64,000 nucleotides of DNA from Candidatus Nomurabacteria bacterium (GCA_943349945.1 CALQZS010000001.1:130803-194802), one strand, 5' to 3'; shown: positions 36,682-46,371, counted from the first letter of the stretch. Numbers and translations are program-made. The notes: generated from the letters alone by a model not told the origin.

Positions 36682-37599
36682 ATGAAAGCTCCAAAAAGGC
36701 GTCTCCAGCACGTCCTCGAAGCGCAGCAGTTCGGGAATGACCCAGAGTTGCTGGGCGAAGTCTTCAAGTTGGCCCAATTCTTCCAAAAAGGAGGAGAGAG
36801 CGACTGCATGCGGGGTAGAATACTCGCGTCGCTCTTTTATGAGCCCAGCACGCGGACAAGACTCTCTTTCGAATCTGCTGCACTCAGACTGGGCGGCGGT
36901 GTCATCGGCACAGAAAGTGCCGAGCAATTCTCCTCGGTCGTCAAAGGCGAATCGCTACCTGACACTATCCGCATTATAAGTGCGTATGCGGATGTTATCG
37001 CACTGCGACACAAAGACAACAACGCCGCAGAAGATGCCGCTCGGGTAGCCACCGTACCCATCATCAACGCCGGCTCCGGTGCACACCAACACCCGACCCA
37101 AGCCCTGCTCGACTTGTACACCATCGAGCAGGAATGCGGTACGTTTGAAGGACTCACCGTAGCCTTTGTGGGCGACCTCAAACACGGTCGCACAGTGCGG
37201 TCGCTGGCGTACTTGCTGGGCAAGTTCCCGCAAAGAAAAATCGTCTTCTCTTCACCTGTGGACTTGCGTATTGGCAAAGACATCAAAGACTATCTCGACG
37301 AGAGAGGCGTCCAGTATGTCGAGACGGACATACTGGGTACCGAAGTACTACAAGCAGACGTGGTCTACATGACCCGCATGCAGACAGAGCGGCACGCCAG
37401 CACACACAACAGAGACTACAGCCAGTTCCATTTGACTGGCCGGGTAGCTCGGTCTGTGCGAGGCGCCATACTGCACCCGCTGCCGCGCAATAGCGAACTC
37501 GACCCGGTGATAGACACTCGCCCGAATGCAGCGTACTTTCGCCAAGCGCGAAACGGACTCTACGTCCGGATGGCGCTACTGCACATCCTCTTCGCCTAA
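36682..37599 (+). CDS. pyrB: aspartate carbamoyltransferase catalytic subunit
   Basis: Start at MKAPKRRL with RBS aaggagga. Motifs STRTR, HPTQ, HPLP. The upstream 67 aa of the ORF overlap the tRNA on the other strand and are rejected. Confidence 0.8.
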   Translation: MKAPKRRLQHVLEAQQFGNDPELLGEVFKLAQFFQKGGESDCMRGRILASLFYEPSTRTRLSFESAALRLGGGVIGTESAEQFSSVVKGESLPDTIRIISAYADVIALRHKDNNAAEDAARVATVPIINAGSGAHQHPTQALLDLYTIEQECGTFEGLTVAFVGDLKHGRTVRSLAYLLGKFPQRKIVFSSPVDLRIGKDIKDYLDERGVQYVETDILGTEVLQADVVYMTRMQTERHASTHNRDYSQFHLTGRVARSVRGAILHPLPRNSELDPVIDTRPNAAYFRQARNGLYVRMALLHILFA

Positions 37600-37617
37600 A
37601 CTGTGGCCTTGTGCCAC

Positions 37618-37649
37618 AACCCGCCTCACAATGAGGCGGGTATTTTTTA
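37618..37649 (+). terminator. intrinsic terminator after pyrB
   Basis: cccgcctca caa tgaggcggg tatttttt. Near-identical copy at 38697..38731. Confidence 0.75.
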
Positions 37650-37709
37650 TCGCACAATATTTTTTGCTATGGTAGGCTTTTGGGCAGACGAACAACCCAG
37701 GAGCAGAAC

Positions 37710-38714
37710 ATGATACTGCGCAACATCGACTTTGGCCCCTGCTTGGATGCAGCCGGCACGAGGGGATTTTTTGGCCGGGGATATCCAGCGCATCGGATCC
37801 CGGTCTTAGGACCTTGGCTGTGGAACTTTACCGGCTCGACCTTTGTGGCGAAGACCACGACCACGCCCATACAGTACGGCAATATGCCGCTCAGGGGCAG
37901 CGAGTATGACTTCGAGCCCGAAGGTTGGTTCCCTCAGTGCATTTGGTCAGACATGCAGGACCAAATAGCACTAAACGCGGTCGGCCTCTCGGGCCCAGGC
38001 GCGTACCAACTGATGGCGCAGCAAAAATGGCAAAAGCATAAAGAGCCATTTATGGTGTCGTGGGCGCCCGTGGGGCCAGAAAAGGAGTGGGAGGCTCAAG
38101 CGCGGAAGTTTGCATACAACTGGGACATATACATGTCCGGGCAAAAGCTACAGGTCGGGCTGCAGGTCAACATAAGCTGCCCCAACACAGGCACAGACCT
38201 TGCAAGACTTGTGCAACAAACACACGTGCTGCTCGATATCTTGCGCAAACTCTGCATACCACTTGTCGTCAAGCTGAATTTGCTTGTCGACCCTGCCCGC
38301 GCAGTCGAGATCTCAGAGCACCCTGCGTGCGACGCTCTGTGTGTCTCGAACACCATACCCTTTGGGGAGTTGCCCAATGAGATAGATTGGGATCAATTCT
38401 TCCCTATCGGCTCGCCGCTCGTACGACGCAACCCCGCCTTTGGTAACGGTGGACTCTCGGGCAAGCCGTTGTTGCCGTTGGTTATCGAGTGGCTGCGGCA
38501 CGCTTTTGACGCCGGGCTCAAAAAGCCAGTCAACGCCGGCGGCGGCATACTCGAAGCCAACGACGTCGACTTTTTGGTCGAAAACGCATCTCTTCGACCA
38601 GGCATCGACTCGATATTTATTGGGTCGATAGCAATACTCAACCCGCTGGGCATCCGCTCGACCATACGCCGTGCACACAAACTGCTTGGATCACAAAAAC
38701 CCGCCTCAACATGA
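37710..38714 (+). CDS. pyrD: dihydroorotate dehydrogenase-family (PyrD-like) oxidoreductase
   Basis: RBS aggag. GLQVNISCPNTG active-site block, FGNGGLSG. Start at MILRNIDFG. Confidence 0.6.
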   Translation: MILRNIDFGPCLDAAGTRGFFGRGYPAHRIPVLGPWLWNFTGSTFVAKTTTTPIQYGNMPLRGSEYDFEPEGWFPQCIWSDMQDQIALNAVGLSGPGAYQLMAQQKWQKHKEPFMVSWAPVGPEKEWEAQARKFAYNWDIYMSGQKLQVGLQVNISCPNTGTDLARLVQQTHVLLDILRKLCIPLVVKLNLLVDPARAVEISEHPACDALCVSNTIPFGELPNEIDWDQFFPIGSPLVRRNPAFGNGGLSGKPLLPLVIEWLRHAFDAGLKKPVNAGGGILEANDVDFLVENASLRPGIDSIFIGSIAILNPLGIRSTIRRAHKLLGSQKPAST

Positions 38715-38731
38715 GGCGGGTAATTTTTTAT
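38697..38731. terminator. bidirectional intrinsic terminator (pyrD-like / ftsH)
   Basis: aaacccgcctca aca tgaggcgggt aattttttat. Confidence 0.75.
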
Positions 38732-38747
38732 ATATTGAGAGAAAGGT

Positions 38748-40727
38748 TTAGAAATCGACCACCACCGGCTTTGGTTCTATGTCTTGCTTCTTTTTTGGGG
38801 TGATGCCGTGGGCTATGAGTATAGTCTCAAACTCCTCGCGCTCGAGCGTCTCTACTTCTACCAAGCGCTCGGCTATAGCATCCAGTACTTTGCGCTGGTG
38901 GGTAATGATGTCGTGCGCTTTTTTGTATGCACCGTCTATGATGTGCTTGACCTCTGCATCAATCTCGCCCGACACCTTTTCGGAATACTCGCGGCCATCC
39001 ACCCCCGCACCAAACATAGCGCGGCCGCCGTCGCCCACCAACGCAATAGTGCCCACTTTGTCGGACATACCCCAACGGGTCACCATGTTGCGTGCCAAGT
39101 TGGTAAGCACCTGTATGTCGTTTGAAGGGCCAGTGGTGACGTCGCCAAAGACCTCTTTTTCGGCAACATAGCCACCAAGCGACATCGCGATATCATCCAA
39201 AAACTCTTTTTTGCTCTGCATGCGCTTGTCTTCGAATGGGAGCTTGAGGGTGTAGCCCGCTGCGCGGCCACGAGAGATGATGGAGATTTTGTGCACAGGG
39301 TCGGCGTAGGGCAACACGGACGCAACGAGCGCGTGCCCTGCTTCGTGGTATGCGGTTATCTCTTTCTCGCGGGCGTTCATCACGTTGGTCTTGCGCTCGG
39401 GGCCAAGCATCACCTTTTCTATAGAGCGGATGAGGTCGAACTGTGCGACGGTTTTGCGGTTTTCGCGTGCTGCAAGGATGGCAGCCTCGTTCATCAGGTT
39501 GGCCAAGTCGGCGCCACTAAACCCAGGCGTGCGCTCGGCTATGACGGCCAAGTTTACATCTTCGGCCAGTGGCTTTTTGCGCGCATGGATGTGCAAAATC
39601 TCGACGCGGTCTTGGCGGTCGGGCAGGTCTATCATCACGCGACGGTCAAAGCGGCCCGGGCGCACCAGCGCTGGGTCCAAAACGTCGGGGCGGTTGGTTG
39701 CAGCCATCACAATTACCTTTTCGTTTGGCTCAAAGCCGTCCATCTCGACCAGTATTTGGTTGAGTGTCTGCTCGCGTTCGTCGTTGCCCCCGCCTACACC
39801 CGTGCCGCGCACGCGGCCCACGGCATCAATTTCGTCGACAAAGATAATAGCGGGTGCTGCGCGCTTGGCTGTCAAAAAGAGGTCGCGCACACGACTTGCG
39901 CCCACACCCACAAACATCTCGACGAACTCCGAACCCGAGATAGAGAAGAAGGGCACCCCCGCCTCGCCCGCCACCGCGCGCGCAAGCAAGGTCTTGCCTG
40001 TGCCGGCTGAGCCCATCAACAAAATACCCTTGGGGATGCGTGCACCAATGTCCAGAAACTTCTTTGGGTTTTTAAGAAAGTCGACAATCTCCAAAAGCTC
40101 TATCTTTGCTTCTTTGGCGCCTGCAACATCTTTAAAGGTTACGCGCGAGCCCTTGTCGTTGGGGTCGGTTACTTTGGGGCGGCTTTGCCCAAACGAGAAT
40201 GCCTGCATCCCCGCCCCCTTTACTTGGCGCGAGAGATACCAGACAAAAAACGCAATCAAAAGTAGCGGCACCAAAAACGGCGCAAGCGCGGTGAGCCAAA
40301 ACTGCCACGAGCTTTGGCGCTTGATAGTAACCTCTACTTTGTCGAGTGCCTCTTTAGAGACGCTGTAGTTGGTGAGTGTTTGCGACAGCGCGGCGTCTGG
40401 CTCTTTTTTGGATACCTTTTCTATTGCCTCGGCGCCCTCGGATTCGGGGACATAAGTGATGGTGAGGTCGTTACCGTCGACAAGCACCTTGGACACAGTG
40501 CCTGCTTGGATGTCGGCCGCCAATTGCGAGATAGGTATGTCGACGGGCTTTTTTTCATCGCTAACAAAGTAGGTGTACGCACCCGCCAAGAGCATCAGCA
40601 CCAACACGCTGCTGGCCAAGTTGACCCAAAACGAATCACCCTGGGGCATCTGCGGCATAGGCATGCGCGGTCCACCCTTTTTTTGCTGAGGAGATTTTTG
40701 TTCGGCCATTGCTTTACATACTAGCAT
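38748..40727 (-). CDS. ftsH: ATP-dependent zinc metalloprotease FtsH
   Basis: TM, AAA+ Walker [12 protein letters not shown], zinc motif HEAGHAL. Confidence 0.9.
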   Translation of the reverse strand: MLVCKAMAEQKSPQQKKGGPRMPMPQMPQGDSFWVNLASSVLVLMLLAGAYTYFVSDEKKPVDIPISQLAADIQAGTVSKVLVDGNDLTITYVPESEGAEAIEKVSKKEPDAALSQTLTNYSVSKEALDKVEVTIKRQSSWQFWLTALAPFLVPLLLIAFFVWYLSRQVKGAGMQAFSFGQSRPKVTDPNDKGSRVTFKDVAGAKEAKIELLEIVDFLKNPKKFLDIGARIPKGILLMGSAGTGKTLLARAVAGEAGVPFFSISGSEFVEMFVGVGASRVRDLFLTAKRAAPAIIFVDEIDAVGRVRGTGVGGGNDEREQTLNQILVEMDGFEPNEKVIVMAATNRPDVLDPALVRPGRFDRRVMIDLPDRQDRVEILHIHARKKPLAEDVNLAVIAERTPGFSGADLANLMNEAAILAARENRKTVAQFDLIRSIEKVMLGPERKTNVMNAREKEITAYHEAGHALVASVLPYADPVHKISIISRGRAAGYTLKLPFEDKRMQSKKEFLDDIAMSLGGYVAEKEVFGDVTTGPSNDIQVLTNLARNMVTRWGMSDKVGTIALVGDGGRAMFGAGVDGREYSEKVSGEIDAEVKHIIDGAYKKAHDIITHQRKVLDAIAERLVEVETLEREEFETILIAHGITPKKKQDIEPKPVVVDF

Positions 40728-40777
40728 CTACCCTGCGGTGGAGCAAAAAGAATTTCTAATCGTGGTATATTCAGCTC

Positions 40778-41239
40778 GTGAGCCTTATAGAAAGTAAAAA
40801 AGCCCGGCTAAACTATGACATCCTCGAGGAATTTGAGGCGGGGTTGGAATTGGTGGGTAGCGAGGTAAAGAGTGTCCGCGCCGGCCACGGCAAGCTCGAC
40901 GGTGCACATATTATTGTGCGCCCCACCGCGCGCGCAGGGGGCCTAGAGGCATACGTGGTGGGCATGTCTGTGCCTCCATACCAAGCCACCAACACCCCCG
41001 CCGACTACGAACCCGAGCGCACACGCAAACTCCTGCTGACTAAAAAAGAATTGCAAACGTTGGCCGGGTTTGAAAAGCAGAGCGGCTTGACAATAGTGCC
41101 ACTTTCGGTGTATAATAAAGGGAGAGTACTGAAGCTGCGTTTGGCGGTAGCCCGCGGCCGTAAGAAATACGACAAGCGCGCCGTCTTAAAGGAAAGAGAC
41201 ACCAAGCGCGACATACAAAGGCTAAAACGACAATTATGA
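40778..41239 (+). CDS. smpB: SsrA-binding protein SmpB
   Basis: ARLNYDILEEFEAGLELVGSEVKS..., basic C-terminal tail. Confidence 0.9.
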   Translation: MSLIESKKARLNYDILEEFEAGLELVGSEVKSVRAGHGKLDGAHIIVRPTARAGGLEAYVVGMSVPPYQATNTPADYEPERTRKLLLTKKELQTLAGFEKQSGLTIVPLSVYNKGRVLKLRLAVARGRKKYDKRAVLKERDTKRDIQRLKRQL

Positions 41240-41264
41240 AATTTGTCGTTCGCCCGACAAATAG
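41221..41264. repeat. direct repeat copy 1 (smpB 3' end plus hairpin tttgtcg ttcgccc gacaaa)
   Basis: gctaaaacgacaatt...tgtcgttcgcccgacaaatag. Matches 41591..41631 (ggctaaaacgattacc...aatcgttcgcccgaacaaatc). Confidence 0.6.
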
Positions 41265-41325
41265 CTATGCTATTTGTTTAGGGACTTTGAAAAAAGAATA
41301 AACAGACCTGGCCGTCGCCTAAAAT

Positions 41326-41586
41326 ATGTCTTGGACTGTATATATCCTATATAGCTTAAAAGATAAGAGGTTGTATGTAGGCTGTACTTCTGATCTTGAG
41401 AAAAGGATTGGGAGGCACAGCAAAGGATATGTATTAGCCACTTCTCATCGAAGACCTTTGGTTTTGATTCATTCAGAATTATTCAAACAAAAAGGAGAAG
41501 CTTTTCAACGAGAGAGATTTTTGAAAAGCCTTTGGGGAGCACGAGAAAAGAAAAAGATTCTAAAAAAGTACTTAGAATCAGAATGA
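41326..41586 (+). CDS. GIY-YIG nuclease family protein (UPF0213-like)
   Basis: YILYSLKDKRLYVGCTSDLEKRIGRH, 86 aa. Confidence 0.8.
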   Translation: MSWTVYILYSLKDKRLYVGCTSDLEKRIGRHSKGYVLATSHRRPLVLIHSELFKQKGEAFQRERFLKSLWGAREKKKILKKYLESE

Positions 41587-41590
41587 ATTG

Positions 41591-41631
41591 GGCTAAAACG
41601 ATTACCATGCAATCGTTCGCCCGAACAAATC
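41591..41631. repeat. direct repeat copy 2
   Basis: See 41221..41264. Confidence 0.6.
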
Positions 41632-41652
41632 TTGGCACAAGATTTGTTTTAG

Positions 41653-42028
41653 GGGGATGCCAGGCCTAGACAATGAAGACGCCTGTTGAATGCGCGCAGT
41701 AGAAGTCTGGACCTTCTTAAAAATCCGGAAACAATAACTGCAAAAAACAGTGTTTCGCCGTATTTCGCGGCGAACGACTTCCAGTTCGCGTTCGCGCGAG
41801 CGTAAGTCGCATCTACCCTTCCTCTCTCTTGCGGGTTGGGATAGGTGTTATATAGCAAGAGTATAGTTGCAAGAGCCGCTCTGACTTGCATCCGAACATA
41901 AGAGCTGCAGGAAGTTATGATTTCGTTTGCTTTGCCCATAACAGCCTAAAGAAACAACAAGCGAACTACACTACGTAGAAGCTTCAGCAGCACTTCATTG
42001 CACGGCGGTTCAATTCCGCCCATCTCCA
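41653..42028 (+). ncRNA. ssrA: tmRNA (SsrA)
   Basis: 5' GGGGAUG pairs with 3' CAUCUCC (G3:U70 Ala identity, A73). T-arm GGCGG uucaauu CCGCC. Internal tag ORF GCG GCG AAC GAC UUC CAG UUC GCG UUC GCG CGA GCG UAA gives (A)ANDFQFAFARA*. Located directly downstream of smpB. Confidence 0.8.
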
Positions 42029-42040
42029 CATAAAAATAAA

Positions 42041-42068
42041 ACGCGCCCATAGTTGGGTGCTTTTTATT
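42041..42068 (+). terminator. intrinsic terminator after ssrA
   Basis: gcgccca tagt tgggtgc ttttt. Confidence 0.55.
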
Positions 42069-42319
42069 TTCCCTGTCACCTCTGCCCCACTCGGCGAGTT
42101 GTCATAAGTGTCTAGCAATAAAACAAACACACCATGGAACACTTGAGTTAAGCCGAGGAGGCTGCCACCCCAAGGGGACGCGGCCTCCTCGGCGCACATG
42201 GTGCGTTTTGCACCCCTGTTTTTTGCATATGCACACAGATGGTGGTATGTTCAAAAAACGTACAGCGTTTGTTTGTTACGTACTGCACGTCCTAACTCAA
42301 GACTATTTGGGGAAAGCCG

Positions 42320-42496
42320 TTGAAAATCATACTAGCAAAGGGTGTAGCGGCAGGTATTGCCCTGCTACTCATACCCACAAGTACATCCAAAGCTGGCCAA
42401 GTGTGGCCAAGCCAAACACCCCTGATCCTTGCAGGCGGGGTGCTGTTGATCTTTCTATTGACGATATTACTAGGCCACCGGCGCAACAAGCGCTAG
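42320..42496 (+). CDS. possible small membrane peptide (58 aa, TTG start)
   Basis: RBS ggggaaag. Reads (M)KIILAKGVAAGIALLLIPTSTSKAGQVWPSQTPLILAGGVLLIFLLTILLGHRRNKR, i.e. an N-terminal hydrophobic segment, a C-terminal TM and a basic tail. A terminator follows. Confidence 0.3.
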   Translation: MKIILAKGVAAGIALLLIPTSTSKAGQVWPSQTPLILAGGVLLIFLLTILLGHRRNKR

Positions 42497-42530
42497 CGAC
42501 CAATCCCCCTACCGCTGCAGTAGGGGGATT
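42492..42530 (+). terminator. intrinsic terminator
   Basis: aatccccctac cgctgcag tagggggatt ttttat. Confidence 0.65.
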
Positions 42531-42532
42531 TT

Positions 42533-43039
42533 TTATAACTCCCCTTTTATCTTTTCTATCAAAGGCCCCGGCTCCAAGCGGATAATAAGCCCGCTGGGCA
42601 GTGTGATGTCGTGCGTGGTGTGGTGCGGGCGCTCCACGTGGACAAGCTGCTCGCCCCCTTTCTGTAGCAAGTCCACCAACATGTCGTACGTAGTAGGCGC
42701 CACAGGGTAGAGTTCGAGGTGGTCCAGCCCGCTGCTTTGGCTGCCATCTGGCTTTTGGTCTGAAAGTTCGACAAACCACACATCCCCCAAACCGGTTGGC
42801 AATGGGGCCGCCAACTTTACATAGGCAATGCGCCGGCCCGATATAGTTGCCTGGTGCATATATGCAGCACCTTTCTCTAATATGGCACGCACTTCTTCAA
42901 ACTCCTTGGCCGAGCCGCACTTGTAGCACACATGGTCTGCCAAAGCCAAACCGCCAAGCCCGTGTTTTTTAAAAAAGAGGTCAAAGTGCTCGGTGGCCTC
43001 TTTTGCCTGCGCATAAAAGCTCAATAGGTCGTCTACCAT
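42533..43039 (-). CDS. hypothetical protein (possible VOC/glyoxalase-like fold)
   Basis: 168 aa. No motif recognised with confidence. Confidence 0.4.
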   Translation of the reverse strand: MVDDLLSFYAQAKEATEHFDLFFKKHGLGGLALADHVCYKCGSAKEFEEVRAILEKGAAYMHQATISGRRIAYVKLAAPLPTGLGDVWFVELSDQKPDGSQSSGLDHLELYPVAPTTYDMLVDLLQKGGEQLVHVERPHHTTHDITLPSGLIIRLEPGPLIEKIKGEL

Positions 43040-43113
43040 ACATATATTGTATCACCTACACAAAAAGTCGATACTCTGGTATAGTGTTGGCAACCGCTTT
43101 GGATACCACCCGC

Positions 43114-43614
43114 ATTAATCACCAGATCCGCGCAACAGAAGTGCGCGTCATAGGCCCCGAGGGGGAGAATTTTGGCGTTTTAGCCGTATCTGAGGCTATT
43201 GCCAAGGCAGAGGAGCTGGGGTTCGACCTTATTGAAATATCCCCTGGCGCCGTCCCACCAGTTGCAAAAATAATGGAATATGGTAAATTCCAATACGAGC
43301 AGGAGAAGAAACGCCGAGAAATAAAGGCCAAATCCCACACTACGGAGACCAAAAGTGTCCAGGTAAAGATAGGCACCGGCGAAAACGACCTTAATTTGAA
43401 GGCAAAAAGGGCGGCAGCGTGGCTCAAAGAGGGGCACCGGGTCAAAATAGACCTTTTTCTGTGGGGGCGATACAAGTACATGGAGTTTGGCTTCCTAAAA
43501 GAGCGTTTGGAGCGATTTTTGAAACTTATCCCCGAGGAATACAAGATAGGCGACCCTATAGCCAAAAGCCCCAAAGGCCTGACCACCGTTATCGAGCGCG
43601 CAGCTAAAAAGTAA
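43114..43614 (+). CDS. infC: translation initiation factor IF-3 (AUU start)
   Basis: INHQIRATEVRVIGPEGENFG... Begins at an in-frame ATT, consistent with the atypical start codon IF3 uses for autoregulation. The annotated ORF extends upstream only because no stop intervenes. Confidence 0.75.
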   Translation: MNHQIRATEVRVIGPEGENFGVLAVSEAIAKAEELGFDLIEISPGAVPPVAKIMEYGKFQYEQEKKRREIKAKSHTTETKSVQVKIGTGENDLNLKAKRAAAWLKEGHRVKIDLFLWGRYKYMEFGFLKERLERFLKLIPEEYKIGDPIAKSPKGLTTVIERAAKK

Positions 43615-43623
43615 GAAATTACC

Positions 43624-43824
43624 GTGAAAACAAATAAATCATTTACGAAACGTCTCAAACTTACCCGCAACGGCAAGGTTATTGCGCGCAAGCCAGGACA
43701 GAACCATTTCAACGCAAAGGAGGACCGCTCGGGCCAGATGAGCACACGCCGCACCCAGCTCCTCACCCTCACCAAAAAGGTCTCTCAACGTTTTATCAAG
43801 ACAGTAACGCCCTCAAAGCGCTAA
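43624..43824 (+). CDS. rpmI: 50S ribosomal protein L35
   Basis: 66 aa, highly basic, infC-rpmI-rplT synteny. GTG start. Confidence 0.8.
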   Translation: MKTNKSFTKRLKLTRNGKVIARKPGQNHFNAKEDRSGQMSTRRTQLLTLTKKVSQRFIKTVTPSKR

Positions 43825-43847
43825 CTTAATCGACTTATCACACCACT

Positions 43848-44216
43848 ATGGCACGCGTAAAAGGAGGAACAACCGCGCTCAAGCGCCGCAAAAACATCTT
43901 GGCGATGACCAAGGGCTACCGCTTTGGCCGCTCGACCAAGACCAAGCAAGCTAAAGAGGCTATATTCCACGCAGGTAAGTACGCCTTTGCACACCGCAAA
44001 GACAAAAAGAACGACTTCCGCCGCCTGTGGAATGTACGCATCAACGCAGGTCTCGACACCTCGGGCGCACTCGCCTCAACAGGCAAGCCACTTTCGTACA
44101 GCCGCCTTATAAACGCGCTCAAAACAGCAAACATCACCCTCAACCGCAAAATGCTCGCAACGCTTGCCGAGCAGTCCCCCGCAACGTTTGATCGTATTGT
44201 TAAAAAAGTATCATAG
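43848..44216 (+). CDS. rplT: 50S ribosomal protein L20
   Basis: MARVKGGTTALKRRKNILAMTKGYRFGRST... Confidence 0.9.
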   Translation: MARVKGGTTALKRRKNILAMTKGYRFGRSTKTKQAKEAIFHAGKYAFAHRKDKKNDFRRLWNVRINAGLDTSGALASTGKPLSYSRLINALKTANITLNRKMLATLAEQSPATFDRIVKKVS

Positions 44217-44220
44217 TTAA

Positions 44221-44305
44221 TCCCGACGTTTCAGTCGGGACCCCGACCAAAGCGTCGGGGAAAGGTCTCCTAACAAAAAACTCCCTACGGGGAGTTTTTT
44301 GTTTT
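44221..44305. terminator. three tandem hairpins, the last a bidirectional intrinsic terminator
   Basis: tcccgac gtttca gtcggga; ccccgac caaagc gtcgggg; aaaaaa ctccc tac gggag ttttttgtttt. Confidence 0.7.
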
Positions 44306-44306
44306 A

Positions 44307-44969
44307 CTACTCTGTGGGCTGCACAAACCGGAATGACGCCCGGTTTATTTTGTCTTTTTGTACCAGCTCTATCACCCGCTCTACCAGTGCCTTTGGGTCC
44401 GAGTCGAACACGATACGGTCGTTGGGGCGATGGCCACTTTTGAGTATCCCTTTAATGACCTCGTCCGTCTCCCAATCTGCCTCTAAAATGCCAATAGGCT
44501 TTTTGTCTTCAAACGCGATAGTAAATTCGTGTATGGTCCCTATGCGTCCGCAGCCAAAAAGCAGCGCGTCAGACGACCGGGTAAAAATCAGGTCCCGCCC
44601 AGGGAAGCCAAACCCCGTGTACACAATAACGTCCATGTATTCCACCGGTAGGTTATACATCTCGATGTGCTCTTTTTCTGAGTTAGCAGGAGAAAACCCA
44701 ACGGACACCCCGCCCAATTCCTTGGCGCCCATAGCCGACCACAAGGGGAAGCCCGTAGTCGCCCCCGTTACAAGCACCGCGCCGTGGCGTGCCACTTCGC
44801 GGCCCAGCTCCAAACCTTTGTCGTACGCATCAATGCCGCAGTGGCCTGTTTCTGCCGCGCCCGAGACACCCAACTTTATCTGCAGATGCGGATGATTAGG
44901 CGACATAGGCTGCACAGTACCTGCTTCTTTTGTCTCTGGAGCAGGCGCAGTAGTAGTGGTCATATGCAC
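44307..44969 (-). CDS. Rossmann-fold nucleotide-binding protein of the LOG/TIGR00725-like family
   Basis: LGVSGAAETG...VLVTGATTG...LLFGCGRIGTIHEF. Confidence 0.55.
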   Translation of the reverse strand: MHMTTTTAPAPETKEAGTVQPMSPNHPHLQIKLGVSGAAETGHCGIDAYDKGLELGREVARHGAVLVTGATTGFPLWSAMGAKELGGVSVGFSPANSEKEHIEMYNLPVEYMDVIVYTGFGFPGRDLIFTRSSDALLFGCGRIGTIHEFTIAFEDKKPIGILEADWETDEVIKGILKSGHRPNDRIVFDSDPKALVERVIELVQKDKINRASFRFVQPTE

Positions 44970-44979
44970 TATTCTAGCA

Positions 44980-46371
44980 TTAGAAATTAATTATCGCGCT
45001 GTCCCCAGCTTCGGGTGCGGTGGCTTTTACCCCCAAGTAGTCGCGCACCCGCTGCACCAAAAACCCCGACGCTGCTGGCTCCCCCATCACCACAAACGCC
45101 TGCTCAAGCACGCCGCCTCCTTGCGGTGGGTTGGCCACACTGTTTACAAACTCAAGCAGCTGTTCGCTGTCCATGTGTGCCGAATAGCCATACATAGCAG
45201 CTACGGTGCAGCGCACCGCCACTTCCTCGCCCCGGATTTCTACTTTTTTTGCACCCTCGATGAGCTTGCGGCCCAAACTCCCCGCAGACTGGTAGCCCAC
45301 AATAAGCAGCGTCGAGTGCTCGTCGGGCAAGAGCGCCGCCTCGTGCGCCACAACCCGGCCGCCGTTGCTCATACCCGAGCCTGCCAAAATAATCTTCGGC
45401 CCCGGTTTGTTACGCATGTTTTCCGACTCGGCAGCACCTTCGACAAACTGCAACTCAGGAAAGTCGAAAATATGCTCGCCTCCTGCAATGCGCTTTTGCA
45501 TCTCGTCGCTAAAGTATTGGGGATGTGCCAGGTAGGCAGCGGTGATTTTTTGTGCCAAGGGTGAGTCCAGATACACCGGCATAGACGGCACGCGTTTTTC
45601 TAAAAAGAGCGAGCGGATTTCAAACAGCAAGTCTTGCGTACGCTCGGTCGAAAACGCAGGGATAAGCAGCGTGCCGCCTTTTGCAGCCACGTTTTCTATA
45701 TGGTTTTCCAATATATCACGCCTGTGTGCATCCTCTTGCCGCACACGGTCTCCGTACACACTCTCGACCACCAGGTGGGCTATGTCCCCCGGGACCTCTG
45801 TCTTGGCCAACAGCGGCGAGTTACCCCCGCCCAAGTCGCCCGTAAAGGCCACCTTGCTGCTGTCTGGCTGCGCCTTGCGGCTGAGCACCGCTATGGCCGA
45901 GCCCAAGATGTGCCCCGCATCAAACAGCTCCAAGGTTACCCCGCCGCCCACATCCTCGAGCTGGTGGTAGGGTATCCCCTTCCATTGCCGCATAGCCTGT
46001 GCGATATCTTTTTCTGTATACAAAGGCTCTTTGCCCAAGCGCTCTGCAGTGCGCGCAGCAAGCTCCATAGCGTCCAGCAAGAGCGGCTCCGCGAGCGCGC
46101 GGGTAGCCTCGGTGGATATAATGGGCCCCCGGAAACCGTCTTTTACTAGTTTGGGGATACGGCCAATATGGTCGATGTGTGCGTGCGTGTTTATAAGCAC
46201 CGACACTTCTGCCGGGTTATACGGAAAAGGGTCCCAGTTGGTGTTTTCGAAAGAGTGCTTGCCCTGGAAGAGCCCACAGTCGACGGCAATTTTGACCTCT
46301 CCTGTATCGAGCAAAAAGTTAGACCCCGTTACCGACCCTGCCCCGCCGTAAAAGTATATGGTTGATTGCAT
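44980..46371 (-). CDS. MBL-fold beta-CASP RNA-metabolising hydrolase (RNase J/CPSF-like)
   Basis: THAHIDHIG metal-binding motif, beta-CASP region. 463 aa. Confidence 0.8.
   Translation of the reverse strand: MQSTIYFYGGAGSVTGSNFLLDTGEVKIAVDCGLFQGKHSFENTNWDPFPYNPAEVSVLINTHAHIDHIGRIPKLVKDGFRGPIISTEATRALAEPLLLDAMELAARTAERLGKEPLYTEKDIAQAMRQWKGIPYHQLEDVGGGVTLELFDAGHILGSAIAVLSRKAQPDSSKVAFTGDLGGGNSPLLAKTEVPGDIAHLVVESVYGDRVRQEDAHRRDILENHIENVAAKGGTLLIPAFSTERTQDLLFEIRSLFLEKRVPSMPVYLDSPLAQKITAAYLAHPQYFSDEMQKRIAGGEHIFDFPELQFVEGAAESENMRNKPGPKIILAGSGMSNGGRVVAHEAALLPDEHSTLLIVGYQSAGSLGRKLIEGAKKVEIRGEEVAVRCTVAAMYGYSAHMDSEQLLEFVNSVANPPQGGGVLEQAFVVMGEPAASGFLVQRVRDYLGVKATAPEAGDSAIINF

Noticed and set aside
39385-40368. 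327-aa and 239-aa plus-strand ORFs
   Set aside because: Antisense to ftsH, whose identity is unambiguous.
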